A DNA stretch of 63,993 nt, counting the filler, from Fonticula-like sp. SCN 57-25 (lineage: Eukaryota): the NCBI GenBank assembly GCA_001724245.1. It is 7 parts of 7 records of this genome, joined end to end, with 100 filler letters (N's around TTAATTAATTAA, not from the genome) between each part and the next. Parts side by side here need not be neighbours in the genome. Positions count along the whole stretch, not along the records: positions 1 to 8,319 come from MEDX01000306.1; positions 8,420 to 16,715 come from MEDX01000307.1; 5 more parts are not named here. One strand, written 5' to 3'. The notes under the pieces are model-generated. The model was not told the DNA's origin. It saw nothing but the letters and a program-made list of their open reading frames with translations, and did no database searches. A program made the translations under genes and the position numbers. Of the stretch, positions 1 to 14,227 are shown piece by piece (the first letter of the stretch is position 1; every line of letters starts with the position of its first letter).

Positions 1-1075
1 TTAAACAAGAGAGCGAAGGAGGCCGACGTACGTCCACAGGATGTACGCCGAGTCAAAGCCGTCGCCCAGCTCGCGGGCGTTGCGGATGGCCGCGAGGATG
101 AGGAACAGGATGAGGTGGATACGCTCCGTCGCGTCTATCGGCCAGAAAGGGAAAGAAAGCGGCGCTCAGTAAGCACAAAAAATGCGCCCTTTCATGTCCG
201 CACCCGCGCAGCTCATCTGGAAGAGGTGGTCGGTGGAAAACTTTTTGAAAACGTTTGACTTTAACTCGACAAATTGGTTCGATACGAGCAGGACGAGCAG
301 GCCCGAGTTGTACGTGTTGACGACGACGTTAAGTGTGATCATCTGCAGGAAGAGGAGTCCGGAGTGCAGATCTGGAAGGGAGGTGAGCAATACGAAATCG
401 GATCTGCAGCGGCGCACATATGTAAAAAATGGTGCCAAAAAGAATTGCGACGCCGCGGCCGAGCGAAAACTCTGCCGGGAACTCGGCGACGGAAAATAGC
501 GTCCCGAGCATGTCCTGCCCAAAGGGCGCCATGAGGCGGTCGAGCACTTCGAGCACGTTGAAAATGACGTACAACTTGAGGCTGTTCTGCGCGCGGATCC
601 AGTGGTACGCCTGCGAGCCGTCCAAAAAGTACGCAGCGGCAAGCGAAATAAGAAGAATGCCGCGCAGAATGTCGGTACGCAGACCCTGCCGCCGCGCATG
701 ATCGGGGCGCTCGGTCAACATCGCCCACAGAGCGGCAAAGAATCGGAAGGGCACGACGGTGAACACGCCAATAAAAGTGTCCACGCAGACAAGCTCGGAA
801 AAGAGAAGAAATCGCTCAAGCAAAAGAGGAATGCTCAGCATGTGAAGCACGCGCTCATACTTTACCTTGGACGCGCCGCCGCTCGCAGAGGACGACTCGT
901 GATTCACGAGCTGCCCGGCGAGGAAGCGGCTGAGCGTTAGGCGAGGAGCATCGCGATCAGTCGAAACGGTCAGACGGGAAGCCGCCTCGGAAAGACGGCT
1001 GGACGACGTTTTCCTACCAGAGCACAGCGTCAGACCGCATGGACAGCCGGCACGCCCCAAGCGCGCGCACCGCAT
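1..1075 (-). CDS. TAPT1: TAPT1/EMP65 family (DUF747) ER membrane protein, multi-exon, 3' truncated
   Basis: Motifs YHWIRAQNSLKLYVIFNVLEVLDRL, QMITLNVVVNTYNSGLLVLLVSNQFVELKSNVFKKF and FQMSCA|DATER; canonical GT-AG introns. Confidence 0.9.
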
Positions 1076-1196
1076 CTCGCGCCCGTCTCGTCACCGCACC
1101 GACCACGAAGTGTCGTGTCACTAAATATCACGTGATCGTTTCCTTTTGTGGGTGTTGTTTTGCTCGGTCGCTGAAGTGGACTGCCGCCGCGAAGAG

Positions 1197-2958
1197 ATGG
1201 CCATGATCGCGGACGTGGAGATCCGCGGGACACGCCAGCGCGACAATGTGACAGTGCGCATTGATGATTGGGGTCTATTGACCTGTGTCGTGTAAAAGAT
1301 ATTGACTACGCTCGTGATAGCTCTTTGACATTTACATTGACGGCAAGCTGCATGCGTGCACGCGGTACAGCGACTTTGTCTACTTTAACGATGAGGTACC
1401 TCTTTCCCCTTCCCGCGTCTCTTTGCTCACTGCCCCCCAACAGGCGCGCGTTGATCTTGACATGTACGGGATCCCCCCGCCGCCGCCCAAGCACGCCAAC
1501 TTTGTCCTGTCTGGCCTCAAGGTTGGCTCTCTGTCTGCGGATCAGCTCGAGCAGCGCCGCGCGGGTCTCGATGCCTTTCTCAAGCGGAGTGCGCCCTCTT
1601 TTCTTTGCGCTAGTATTGCTCACTTTTTTGGCCCTGCCAGTCTTTGAGATCCCGCAGCTGGTGGAGAGCCCGGTTGTGAAGCGCTTCTTCCAGGAGGAAC
1701 GCCACAAGTACCTGCAGAGCGTGTCGCGCAAGGTGTCGCAGGAGGTGCACTATGCGACGGACGAGATGGTTACCGTGCCGATGAGCACGAGCGACCAGTA
1801 CAATCGCGTCTTCATGGCGGCGGCGCACACTATCGGCGTCCCCAAAAAGTTCCTCCACAACTTTGCCCTCTTCCTGGATCGCGACGGCGTCGGTGCGCGC
1901 CCTTGGAAAAATAGCTTTTCTTGCTCAATATCTGGCCACAGAGACGCGTCTGCTTTCCAACTGCTACCCGTACCTGGAGGTGCGCGGGCTGTCGACTGGC
2001 GAGGAGGAGGCGGACGGCCCCGTCAAGCCGCTCGGCAAGATCGTCTTTAGAAAGGTGCGCGTTGCCAGCGGTGGATGGCATGTTGACACGTTGGCGCGCA
2101 GTGGGTGTTTAACCCGTCCGACTACACGGAGCTGTTCCTGGACAACAACACGGCGCGCCTGCTGATGCACGAGACCGAGCTCGACATTGCGCGCCGCGCG
2201 CTCACGCCGACTGCAGCCGAGAAGCGCGAGCTGCACGACCTCGAGGACCGCAAGGACTACAAGGCCGTGCGCGATCCTCCTGTGACTGACATGTCTGACA
2301 CGGTTTCCACCGCAGTACTGCAACAAGGCGCGGCGCCTGGCAAACTTTGAGTCGTACACTTTCCAACCAAGCAAGTGCTCGTTCCCGGCGACCAACACGC
2401 CGTCGGTGATGCGCGTCAGCCTCAGCGGCATCACCATCACGCCGAGCGGCAACAACAACCAGACAGCGACCGCCTTTGAGTGGGACCGCGTCCGCAGGTA
2501 CAAATTCGCAGAGCCCGAAAAGACGTTTTCGTTCGAGTACGCCTTTGACAAGGACACACTCAGGTGGATCGAGCTCAGGGGCGAGCAGGTGCGCCGTGCG
2601 GGTAATTGGCATATCTGTTGGCTCACAAAATGTATGTTGCGTCACATAGTTCATGACGATGAATATGGTCGTGCAGGGCTACCTCTCCGAGCTGACGCGC
2701 CGTGTCGAGGAATTTACGCGCAAGTACAACGCGGACAAGACGGCCGCCGAAGAGAAAAAGGCCGCCGAGATCAAAAAGGCCGCAAACGGAAAGGCCGGTG
2801 ACGACACGGAGCCCGCGTCGCCCGTCGAGGCCGCCGAGCAAGCGCAGGCCGAACCTGCCAAGCCCGCCACGGTGGTGCGCCCAGTGGCAAACATGGTCGG
2901 GCCCCGCGCTCCGTCAAAGGTGGCCGCGCGGCCCGCCGCGGTGGACGCCGCCCTCTAG
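1197..2958 (+). CDS. PX + FERM-like sorting nexin (SNX17/SNX27/SNX31 family, no PDZ seen), multi-exon
   Basis: Spliced PX motifs RYSDF...PPPK...LEQRRAGLDAFL, then FERM-like segment ending AFEWDRVRRY...FSFEYAFDKDTLRWI. Confidence 0.75.
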
Positions 2959-3312
2959 AGTCAGCCTCTCCTTTCTATTTCAACGCTCTATCGAATTGCT
3001 TTGTGTCTTTGTTTTTTTACCCCGGCCACACTCGGCGCCCGTCAATATGTACTGTACGACATCCGCGCGTGAATCATCATCAGCGAGCGGCTCTCCAAGC
3101 TATTGTGTAACTCTGTAGGCGCTACGCAAGGACTTTTCAAACTGATTTGGAAAATAATATATAACCCAGTCGCTTCATTGCACCCGAAAGTATTACACTT
3201 CAGAGAGCAACTCGAGCTCCCAAACGAAAGCAACAGCACCTCCTTTTCAAACCGAAAAGAATGAAAGAGAAATGCATCACTCCCTTGGTCCACGCCAGAG
3301 TTTGCTGCCCCT

Positions 3313-4255
3313 TTAGAAAATACGGACCGGGCGGCCCATGGTGCTCTTGACGAAGAGCGAGCGGACGTTCTGCCAGTTCTTCTTCAGGAGGGAGACGAGG
3401 AAGTTGACCGAAAGAGCAATGTTCTGCACAAGCTGCTCCTCAGTGAGCTCGACGTTGCCGACGGCAACACCGAGGCAGAGAACCTTCTTGAGCTGGAACT
3501 TGACGGTGGCCTTGATCTCCTCCGACTTGGCGGTGAGCGAGTCCGAGTGCGACACCGGGGTGGGGAACTTGCCGGCCTTGTTAAGACCGGGGCCAAGGAT
3601 ACGGGGAATCTGCTTGATGAGCGACTCCGAGGCGAGGAACGCATCGTACTTCTTGGCTGCATTACAACGTCAGTCAGCATGAAAGGAGAACGGCCAGCAG
3701 AACGCACCAAGCTTCTTGATGAGCTTCTTGTTCTTGTTGAGCTTCTTGAGGTCATCAGCAGTCATGCTCTCGAGACCAGCCTCCTTGGCCTGATCGACGT
3801 GAGCGGCATCGGCAAGGACGCAGATGCTCATGCGCGGGCGGGGAACGGTCGGGAGACGCATGGTACCGCTGAAACGCTTGTCCTTGGCGGTATCATAGTT
3901 CTTGAGGCCGACCTGGAGCTCAACAGTCTCAACGAAGTTGCGCTTGTTCTCCTTGGAATCGGCAAGGATCTTGCGGACCGAGTCGGTCAGGAGCTCACGG
4001 GAGATCTTGCTGAAACGCAAAAAGCGGAATGTGAGATGTCAAGGTCATTCAGACATGGCTAGCAATGAGCAAGAGGGCTCGAAAACAACACGGATGCCGG
4101 CTGTGGCGTGGATGTCTGGCAGATGGCGCTAGGCATCCCGTGGATGCGCGCGGCCATCCGCGGATCATCCCATCCACGCCAGCTTAACCATCGGACAAAG
4201 AGACAGCATCCCGCCCACCTACAGAGCATATAGCCTGACTCTCGGCGTACCTCAT
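3313..4255 (-). CDS. RPL10A: 60S ribosomal protein L10a (uL1); exons 4255-4251, 4009-3708, 3656-3313
   Basis: MSKIS...[17 protein letters not shown]...[15 protein letters not shown]...[12 protein letters not shown]. Confidence 0.97.
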
Positions 4256-4566
4256 GGTTCTGAACGACGCTTACAACCGCTGGCGACGGCTGTGTAGGGG
4301 CGCGGCGTGGTAAAAGGGACTGAGCTTGAGCGATGCACGCACCCTCTTGAGGCACCTGTGCACAAGTTGTGACAGGTGGATATTGATTGAACATGACGCA
4401 ATATGGGATGATTGCAACAGGGTCACTATGGACAATATTACGGACATTGGCGTGCAATGCACGGACGCTGAGAACCAGAAAATGCACCCAACTGACTATG
4501 GGCATCCAGGCTCTGCCTAAAAAGTGGGACAAACAATTTGGTTTCAAATTACATTGTACAACGCGT

Positions 4567-5918
<1,352 letters not shown>

Positions 5919-6150
5919 CGTTCCGGTTCGGACTTGCCGTAGGATGCGAGGGTCGGGTCAGGCGAGAGAGGCCGAACGATGTTGAATCGCGAGGTGTCAA
6001 GTTTGATTCTAGAAATCGTCTCATGATCATGATTTCAACATCATGGGGTAATATTGAAATTGTGAGACGATTTTTGTGAACTTGATCGGTGGCTGCTGCT
6101 TTGGACACACTCTCTCACTACCTCACGTACCCGGTGCCGCATCGTCGAGA

Positions 6151-7002
6151 ATGGTACGCTTCTGCTTTGACTGTTGAGTTTGTGGATGGAGGGGAGGATC
6201 CCGGTGCCATTGATGCTGCGCATGGAGGAGGGGATATGCCCGGTTGATGGCGCCGAGTGGATGGAGGAGTGCGCGGATGGTGGGATGCATCCATCCATCC
6301 TCAGCTGGAAGAGCGCCCAGCCGCGTTCGCTGTGGTGGTAATCCATCCGCGCACTCCTCCTGTGGCATCCGCTCAATTTGCGTTTACTTTGGGAGTCTGT
6401 TCATTATTCTTGAGTTCTCTCTGTCTCGAGGTGTTTTATGGCTCCAGTGACTGACGTGATGTCGATCGTTGTGCAGGTCTACAGTCTCTTCGTCGAGGTT
6501 GGCCGTGTTGCTTTTATCAACTACGGCCCCGACGCCGGCAAGCTCGTTGTCATTGTCGATGTCGTTGACCAGAACCGCGTACGTGCTAATCTAATCCGAT
6601 TTTGAATGCGATTGCTCAACGCTATGTATCGCTAGGCCCTCATCGATGGCCCCACCTCGGGTGTGACGCGCCAGGCTATCAACCTGCGCCGTCTTTCGCT
6701 CACCAAGCTTAAGGTCGCAATTCCCCCGTCCGCTCGCCCCGGCACTGTTGCCAAGGCTGCCGCCAAGGCCGAGATTGAGAAGAAGTGGAACGAGACTGCT
6801 TACGCCAAGAAGCTCGCCACGCGCACGAAGCGCGCCTCGCTCTCGGACTTTGACCGCTTCAAGGTTATGGTCCTCCGCAAGCAGGTGCGCTCTTTTTTTA
6901 TTGCTCTTCAATTTCGCTGATCCATCTGTTGATTAGCGCCGTTTCGCCCTCGGCAAGGCCTACACTGCCGAGAAGAAGACTGCTATTAAGGCCGCCAAGT
7001 AA
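6151..7002 (+). CDS. RPL14: 60S ribosomal protein L14 (eL14), 4 exons
   Basis: [41 protein letters not shown]...[10 protein letters not shown]. Confidence 0.96.
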
Positions 7003-7119
7003 GCTGTACATCGATGAAGAACGTGTTTGATCATCTAAATTTTGCACTACGCGGGTAGGGAGGGGTTGAGTTTTGGGGAAAAGTTGTTCATTCTACAGTG
7101 CATCGGCGTATAAGAGCAG

Positions 7120-8265
7120 CTATGTTTGCTTGCCTGGCAGATAGTAAATGAGGAGGCCGCCGTCGCTTGCACTGGCCTCGTTTCCTACAGGCTGCTGCGG
7201 GAGCTGCTGTTGGCCTCCAACGTACACGTATAGCACAATTGCACGCTTCTGAAATATACCTGCGAGTGGGGTTAGACACGTTCGCTTTCAATCAACGCCG
7301 TACAGCAAATGACGTGCAAGGGCTGCACCTGAGAGCTATGCAGAAACTTTGCAAATTGCTTCATGTCGATGCGCACACGGTGAAACTCGAGCAACTCTGC
7401 CCCTGTCCGTTCTGTCGCTGCGGCTGGCTCGCGGTCGACTGGGCATACGTCGTGAGTATGGACACTAGCAAGTACCAACCCCCCGTACCAAACTCGGGGT
7501 GCTTGAGGTTTGTAAAGTATGTCTGCACCTCGGCAACATCGCTTTCCACCTGGAAGCGCAGCTCACCCGAATTGTTGGCTGACACGGTCAAGTAAGAGCC
7601 CAGGGCGCGCAGGCGCTCTATGACTGGCCGCAGCTCGCTAAACGGCGGCATTAGGATGCTCACATCCGGAGTTGGTAATGGCGGCTCTGTGAGCTTCTCC
7701 AAGTCGGCACGCGAAAGAACCTCCACATGAATTTCTTGGATTACACCAAACGTTTGCCCCGTCCGCGCCTACGTAAACTCGTCAAAATGGGCCAAAACAA
7801 AAAGAAAAGTTTTCGAACCTGGCTGACTTGCAAGTAAAACGCCAGGCAGGGCTGGCCATTCGGCTTTGTCAGCCGCAGCTGAATCTCGGCGGCGGTCTGG
7901 GCCGACTTTAGCGCGCGCATGAGATCATCCATGTCGAGGGACAGGCCGATTTGGTTGTTGGCCTGGCTCTCAATCCTCATATTCTCAAATAGCATTTGCT
8001 TTACGACGTGAGAAAACTTTAGACAGAAATGGAATAAGCAGCGCACCATGCTCAGCTGGCACCACACCTGCGTCCCATCGAGCGAGTCGATGTGTACAAA
8101 CTGGAGCTTGTCGGGCGAAAGCGTCAACACGCAACGCCGACTATTCTTCTCCAGCGCTTGTACGGTCCCTATTAAAGGAATATGTTAGATACTTTTCGAG
8201 AGCACAGTAAAGAGCGACACACTCAAAAGGAGTGTTGCATTGTTGAGAGTCGCCTTGAAGAGCAT
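7120..8265 (-). CDS. HUS1: Checkpoint clamp 9-1-1 subunit HUS1/Mec3, multi-exon
   Basis: MLFKATL...CVLTLSPDKLQF...TQVWCQL...LMRALKSAQTA...EPPLPTPDVSILMP...VSANNSGEL...IYYLPG. Confidence 0.88.
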
Positions 8266-8319
8266 CGCGGCGCCACTTTGATTTTCCCGCCAAATCCACT
8301 GAAATCCAACCTCACGTGC

Positions 8320-8419
8320 NNNNNNNNNNNNNNNNNNNNNNNNNNNNNNNNNNNNNNNNNNNNTTAATTAATTAANNNNNNNNNNNNNNNNNNNNNNNNN
8401 NNNNNNNNNNNNNNNNNNN
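8320..8419. other. Artificial contig spacer (N44-TTAATTAATTAA-N44); same spacers at 16716-16815, 25052-25151, 41324-41423, 49589-49688, 57846-57945
   Basis: Identical 100-nt units carrying a six-frame stop linker. Confidence 0.99.
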
Positions 8420-9270
8420 CGGCCACCTTGCTCCCCGCCGCCCTGCGGTTGCGCCAAAAGGCCGCAATGGCCACCAGCTGCACGAGGCCAATGAGGACGC
8501 CGACGCTGTTGGGCACGTACAGGAACGGATCGTTCTTGCCGATCCCGTAGATGGTCCACGTGCCGCCGTTGAGCACGGAAAAGACGGCGATCGGGGGGGA
8601 AAAGCAGGACGCGTCACGTGAACGGATCACGTGATACTATGGTTTGGTTAGTTTGAGTGGGATGATGCGCGGGATGCGTACGAGGAGGAGGACGGGCGAT
8701 GCGTAAAAGATGAACAGGACAGTGTTGCATGTAAAGCCGAGCACGAGCGCGATCGTGTGCGCGTCCGTGAGCGCAAAAGCGCAAATTCCGCCAATAATGA
8801 TAATGAGAAAAGTCCCGGCCACGAGCACAATCTTCATCAGGAGGCGTTGCTGCATGGCATCGTCAGCATGAAACAGGACCCACGTGGACGACGTACCCTT
8901 TGCGAGGCGAGCTCCAGGCACGCGAGGCAGTAAAAGAGAACGCACGTCGTGTTGAACGCGTTCGGGCCAAACACGAGGACGTCGTCGATGGCCACGCCGT
9001 AGAGGCACCAGGCGACAGAGTTGAGGAAGAGGAACGTATTGGGGTAGACATTGAAGCTGCCGAGATCGCGCTGCTTGACGGCGCGAAGGATTTCGGGCCT
9101 GAAACAGAGTCATTAAGCAGCAAATACACTCGAAAAAATATAGGAAAGGGAAAGAAAAAGGAGAGCGAGGCATACATGGGCGCGAGGGTCATGCTGATGG
9201 CCAGAATATTACCGAGGATCGGGATCACCAGGGACATCCACACATTCTCCTCTTCGCCAGAGTCAGACAT
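8420..9270 (-). CDS. SWEET/MtN3-saliva sugar transporter, 3' end at the gap
   Basis: GNILAISMTLAP...IFYASP...WTIYGIGKNDPFLYVPNSVGVLIGLVQL. Confidence 0.9.
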
Positions 9271-10268
9271 GGTAGACTAATAAACACTTTCCAACAAACA
9301 AAACTATTCAATAACAATGCAGTGGCTTGACTGGCGTCTGTGTACGGCAGGCAAGTCCACGCGGCGATGATCCTGGGCCGAAGCGCGGGAAACCGGTTCT
9401 GATGCGTCAAAACGTCAAATCAGGCAGAAATCAGAAGAATCAGACAAATCAGAAGCGCGTCCCTCGCTTGCTGACATCGACCCTGGAGGCCAATCGCCCT
9501 GATGTTCGAGTGTACTGGACGGTCAATGGAGCTCTAGACCTCGCCGACTTTTTCCAGACCGACACCTGGGCGCACGTCCGCAGAACCATTCGCGAAGGCT
9601 TCGATGCGCCAAAGCCTGGCATTGCCCGCATCCATGTACGCCGCGCTTTCCCGCGCATTCTTTGACTGCATTGTTGCTGACATTTTCGGTGCGCCCCATG
9701 CACATTTTGATGACCGCAGCTTTTTCTGAGAGGCAGCGAGGTTAATATTGAGGATGCCGTTGAGCCTGGTGCTCGTTTGACGGTCAGGATTGACCCGGCG
9801 CCTGTTTCGGTTTCTGGTGAGCGTACAGGATCGCGAGCATCAAAGGTCGAGCAAGCGGGAAGCGCATCTGATCTATTTTTCGATATGATCGGCGTCCTCT
9901 TCAATCTTGACGTCAATTGGGACGCTCGCTGGCGAGGACGTAGTGCTGCCTCTACAGCTGATTGCGACGGGCACAAGGGCAATGATCTTTCGCCGACATC
10001 TCAGAGTCGCCACTCCACAAGGGACACTTCAGGGATATCAGCCAGCTCCTCAACACTGGCAAGGCCATCCTCTGTAGAACTGCCATCTCTTCCTGGGCAA
10101 AAAGCCAAGTTTCATTAGTATTATCATGTATGAACCTATGAAACCTTTCAATTTTCCTCACAAAAGGACAGTGTGCCCTGACAATTCGAAATCAGAAGAA
10201 TCAGAGACAATCAGATGAATCAGATCATTGTTGACGTGTCGTAACGGGCGACCCCGCGCTGACCGGCG

Positions 10269-11064
10269 ATGGGCGCGTTCTGCTCGTGCCTCTTGGAGGG
10301 GCGGGATCGCCTCGAGCTCAAGCTCACTCGCCAGGTGGATCCCGTCAAGATGAGTAGGAAAACCAAGGGTACGTTTGCTGTTTGCTGTGGTGCATTTTCT
10401 GATTTCCCGCAGGCCCCGGTGTCATGCTGAGTGCCGATGGTCTCCTGGTGAGCGGGAATGGCGTCGCACTGAGTGCCGCGCCAATCGTGCAGGACCGCGT
10501 CATATTTGAGGCCAAGATCGTCAAGATGGGTGTGTGCTAGCTTTGATCGTGCCGCATCATTAACCGCGGTCGGTAGGCCCATTCTGCATCGGCGTCACCA
10601 GCGAGGACCAGGTGGATCGCAGCATGCCTCTGTGGAACCAGCCGCACACGTGGGCGCTCTGCGCCAACGAGCAGTCTGTTTCTTACGGTGGGAACGAGGC
10701 CGTCCCGCTTTCGGAGAACGTCCAGTTCAACATCGGCGATGTCATCGTGCGTGCCCGTGCGATTGCCTTTTTGTATGCTGACCTAACGCGATTTCCAGAC
10801 ATGCGCGTATGATCAGGAGAGCATCCGCTTCTTCATCAACGGACTGGCGCTGCAGTTTGTGCCGCCGCTTTCCGCCACAAAGCTGCGCGGGCTCAACCAG
10901 GCGGCCGTCAGCGGTACGCACTTTTTTCGGCAAACTGCAAACTGACGATCCTCCTAGTCGGCTCGCCATGCCAGCTCGAGATGATCTTTAGCAACGACGA
11001 CATCTCGTACCCGCTGCACCAGCAGGGCTACAGCGGCATTCTCTACGAGCGCACGATGATGTAG
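10269..11064 (+). CDS. SPRYD7: SPRY domain protein, SPRYD7/CLLD6-like, multi-exon
   Basis: Spliced product MGAFCSCL...VSGNGVALSAAPIVQDRVIFEAKI...GDVI|TCAYDQ...GYSGILYERTMM resembles the SPRYD7 layout; N-terminal Gly2 plus Cys acylation signal. Confidence 0.7.
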
Positions 11065-11203
11065 CGCGACCACTGAGCAGCGCGGCGAGCGGCCGCCCTG
11101 CAGATCAACTTTTCTTTGTGTGTTGTTTCTGTTTATCCCCATATTTGTTGTGTCTTTGTTGTATCGTAACGCAGGTTATTATTTCCCACACTGTGTTTGA
11201 AAT

Positions 11204-11244
11204 AGGAAATATTGAGAATTATTGAGAATTATTGAGAAATATTC
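11204..11244. repeat. Short tandem repeat, about 3 copies of TATTGAGAAT
   Basis: gaaatattgagaattattgagaattattgagaaatattc. Confidence 0.7.
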
Positions 11245-11437
11245 AGTTCTGGACTTCGCTAAGTATCATGTTCATAACCATGGCCATACTGCATTCATCG
11301 ATGGCAAACTGCGTACAAACAAAACAAGACTCAAAGAGCAGAACCCGCCCACACATAAATGTCACACAAAGCGCAAACTGAAACGAAACTGAATACAAAA
11401 AGGGGCGGAAATAAATAGTCACCACAAACATCCCCTC

Positions 11438-13510
11438 TCAGATCTGCCAAATCTTGACCGTCTCATCGAGCGATCCCGACACGAGCATGTCGCCGAAAAA
11501 CTTTAGCGCCTTGACGCCCTTCTGGTGCCGCGCCAGCCGCCGCTCCTCGCCCGACCTCACATTGTACAGCATCACGTCCACGTCGGCCGTCGCGCACGCC
11601 AGCCGCGCGTCGTCAAACTGCACGTCAAGCACCGCCGACGACGTCGAGATCGTCTGCGAGCACTCGCCCGTCCGAAGATCCCAAATCTGCATTCGGGCAA
11701 AATTAGTCCACGTGGTCATTAGTCACGTGATCATATCGCACCTTGACCGTGTTGTCGCCGCCGCCCGACACGATCGCCGTCTCGGTAAAGTGGAGGCAAT
11801 TTGCGGTCACCTGATTGGTCCGAATCGTCCTATGGCACGTCCCCGTCCGCACTAAAAAGGATGTAAGTACACCACAAAAGGCAATAATTACCAGAAAAGG
11901 AAGATGCGTACTGTCCCACATGCGAACTGTCCCGTCAGCGGACGCGCTCGACAGCGCATACTTCCAAAACTGGACATCGGTCACGTGACTCTGATGCCCC
12001 GACATGTGCAGCGTCATCTGGCCCGTCTGCTGGTCCCACCCGCGCAGCGTCCTATCAACCGACCCAGACACCTAATGACCACATGTTAGTCAATGCAAAC
12101 TGGAATGCAAACTGGGTTGCAAACCCAAACCCAATTTGCGTACAAGGTAGTTTTCGTCGATGGCGACGGCGCTGACGCCCGCCGTGTGGCCCGTGAGGGT
12201 GTGCACGGGCTTGCCGCTGACGAGGTCCCAGAGGATAACGGTCGCGTCGCCGCTGCCGCTCGCAACAAAGCGGCTCGTCGGGTGAAGCGACACTGAACGG
12301 ACCCAACCTGTGAAACGGAGAAGAAAAAGAGTCAGTTATTATGAATGGATAACTAAAAATGAGTACCTTGGTGTCCCTTGAGCACTTGTGTGCACTCGCG
12401 GCTCGTCAGGTCCCACACGCGAACTGTTTTGTCGACACTGCCAGTCACAAGTGTACCATACGGAAAGTCAAAGTCGACCGAATTTACACCGCCATTATGG
12501 CCATAAAGTGTCTAAAAAAGTGGTCAGCTTGGACAACATATTAAAGGCGAAGCGTACCTTGACGCAGTGGTCAGAGACGCGCTGGCGCTGAAGAGAAGAG
12601 CCGCCGACACTGTCGCCGCCCTCGCAGGAGGAAGGGGCGACGTCGTCGTTGCCCTTGATGCTGCGAATGCGCTTTTCAAAGCCGGCGCTTTCGTGGCTCA
12701 TGACGGCGATTTTGCTGTCAAGGTACGCAACTGGAAAAGAAGCAAATGAGAAGTATGTTCGAGACGATGTGATCCAGAATGAAGGCAACACAAAAAGAGC
12801 ACCAAAAAAGCACCAAATAAAACAACACTCTCTTCAAAAAGCACTCAAACAGCAAAAACAGCTTCGTGCGTACTGTGCTCCTTTAGCTCGCCTTCCCTCG
12901 AGTTGAGTTTCCCGAGATGGTACTCGATCTCGGCCTTTCTCCGATCGAGCTCGGCCATCTGCCGCTCAATCTCGCGCAAATCACTGCTCGCCTCTGCCTT
13001 TTTAAAGAAAACCGTCTCCTGCTCGCGAACCGTCCACTCGCGATCCGTGAGCACCTCATTCAAAAGACGCGTCACACTCTCAATGGCGACTGCGGCAATC
13101 GTCAGGATCAGAACCTGGGCACGAGGAGAAACACTGGGGATCCCCAACACACAACAGAATAAAAACAATAAAAAAGAGCAACGAACCTGTGTGGTTGACG
13201 ATGCGCGCGCGACGCGGTGTGAGCACGCCGGGCGGCTGATTGCCGGCCGGCATCCCCTTCTCGCCCTTGCGAACCATGCGATTCTCATGCGCATTCTCAT
13301 TGCTGCCGCCAACGGCCGAGTGACCGCGACGATGCATCTCCGACTCCTTCCTGTGCACCTACTTTCGCCTAGCTTCCTCTGCAACCTAAACAAGCGACGC
13401 AGACAGCGGCGATCCCCCTTTGGCCAGCGCAGACCAGACGCGTTGTTTGAAACACGGCAAGTTTTGAAAATCAGCGAAAAAATAACCGCCAAAACGGTCG
13501 ATGTGAACAT
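11438..13510 (-). CDS. Coiled-coil + WD40 protein, Mdv1/Caf4-like mitochondrial fission adaptor; start uncertain
   Basis: Coiled coil DLREIERQMAELDRRKAEIEYHL followed by WD40 repeats including DFDFPYGTLVTGSVDKTVRVWDL and SSASADGTVRMWD. Confidence 0.7.
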
Positions 13511-13564
13511 GCCTGTGGCAGGGCTGTGATCAGGTTGTGACAGTGCTGTAGCCGACCGACCGAG

Positions 13565-13952
13565 ATGGTGCGGCTGGGCAGAGGAAAGGGGGACGGCGGG
13601 CCGCGATGGCGCGTTACTGACGCTCTGTGGGTGTGCTTGTAGGCGCTGGAGGACCGCCTGGTGGGGCTTTTGATGCTAGCTGTGAGCACGACGGTTTTCC
13701 TCTACTATAGCGTGTGGGTGCTTGTCCTGGTGCGTCGCTCGGTTTGCCGCGCTGATCTGGTGGGCTAACGCGAATGAACCGTGATCCCTGCAGCCCTTTG
13801 TCGATCAGAACCAGGCGATTCACCGCTTCTTCCTGCCGTCCGAGTACGCCATCATCATCCCGAGCGTTCTGTTGGTCGTCGGGTTGACGTGCGTCGGCGC
13901 GTTCCTCGCGTTCGTCATGATCAAGTCGCAGAGAAAGGCAAAGACGGCCTAG
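13565..13952 (+). CDS. DPM2: Dolichol-phosphate mannosyltransferase subunit 2, 3 exons
   Basis: M|ALEDRLVGLLMLAVSTTVFLYYSVWVLVL|PFVD...FFLPSEYAIIIP...KKxx-like basic tail. Confidence 0.92.
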
Positions 13953-14227
13953 TTCAGCCACCTTCAAGTTACAGCAGCGGACAGTACTCGTCCCGGCACC
14001 TATTTAATTGTACTATTACGAATAAGAAAGTTGATATGAATGCATCTTTTTTGCCTTATGATTCACTCTAATGATCCATTACGGCGCTCAAGTGTGCTTC
14101 AAGCATTCAATACATAAAGGCCTTTCGAATGCAGCTTCAAATATGGCTTTCATGTAATAAGCGGTCAAGTTTTGGGTTTTTGGGTATATATTGAGGTTGG
14201 CGAAGACAAAGCCATGCCGACCATCGC

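Noticed and set aside
8320-8419. TTAATTAATTAA palindrome repeated six times as a biological repeat or piggyBac-like site
   Set aside because: Always centred in identical 100-nt N spacers; an assembly linker
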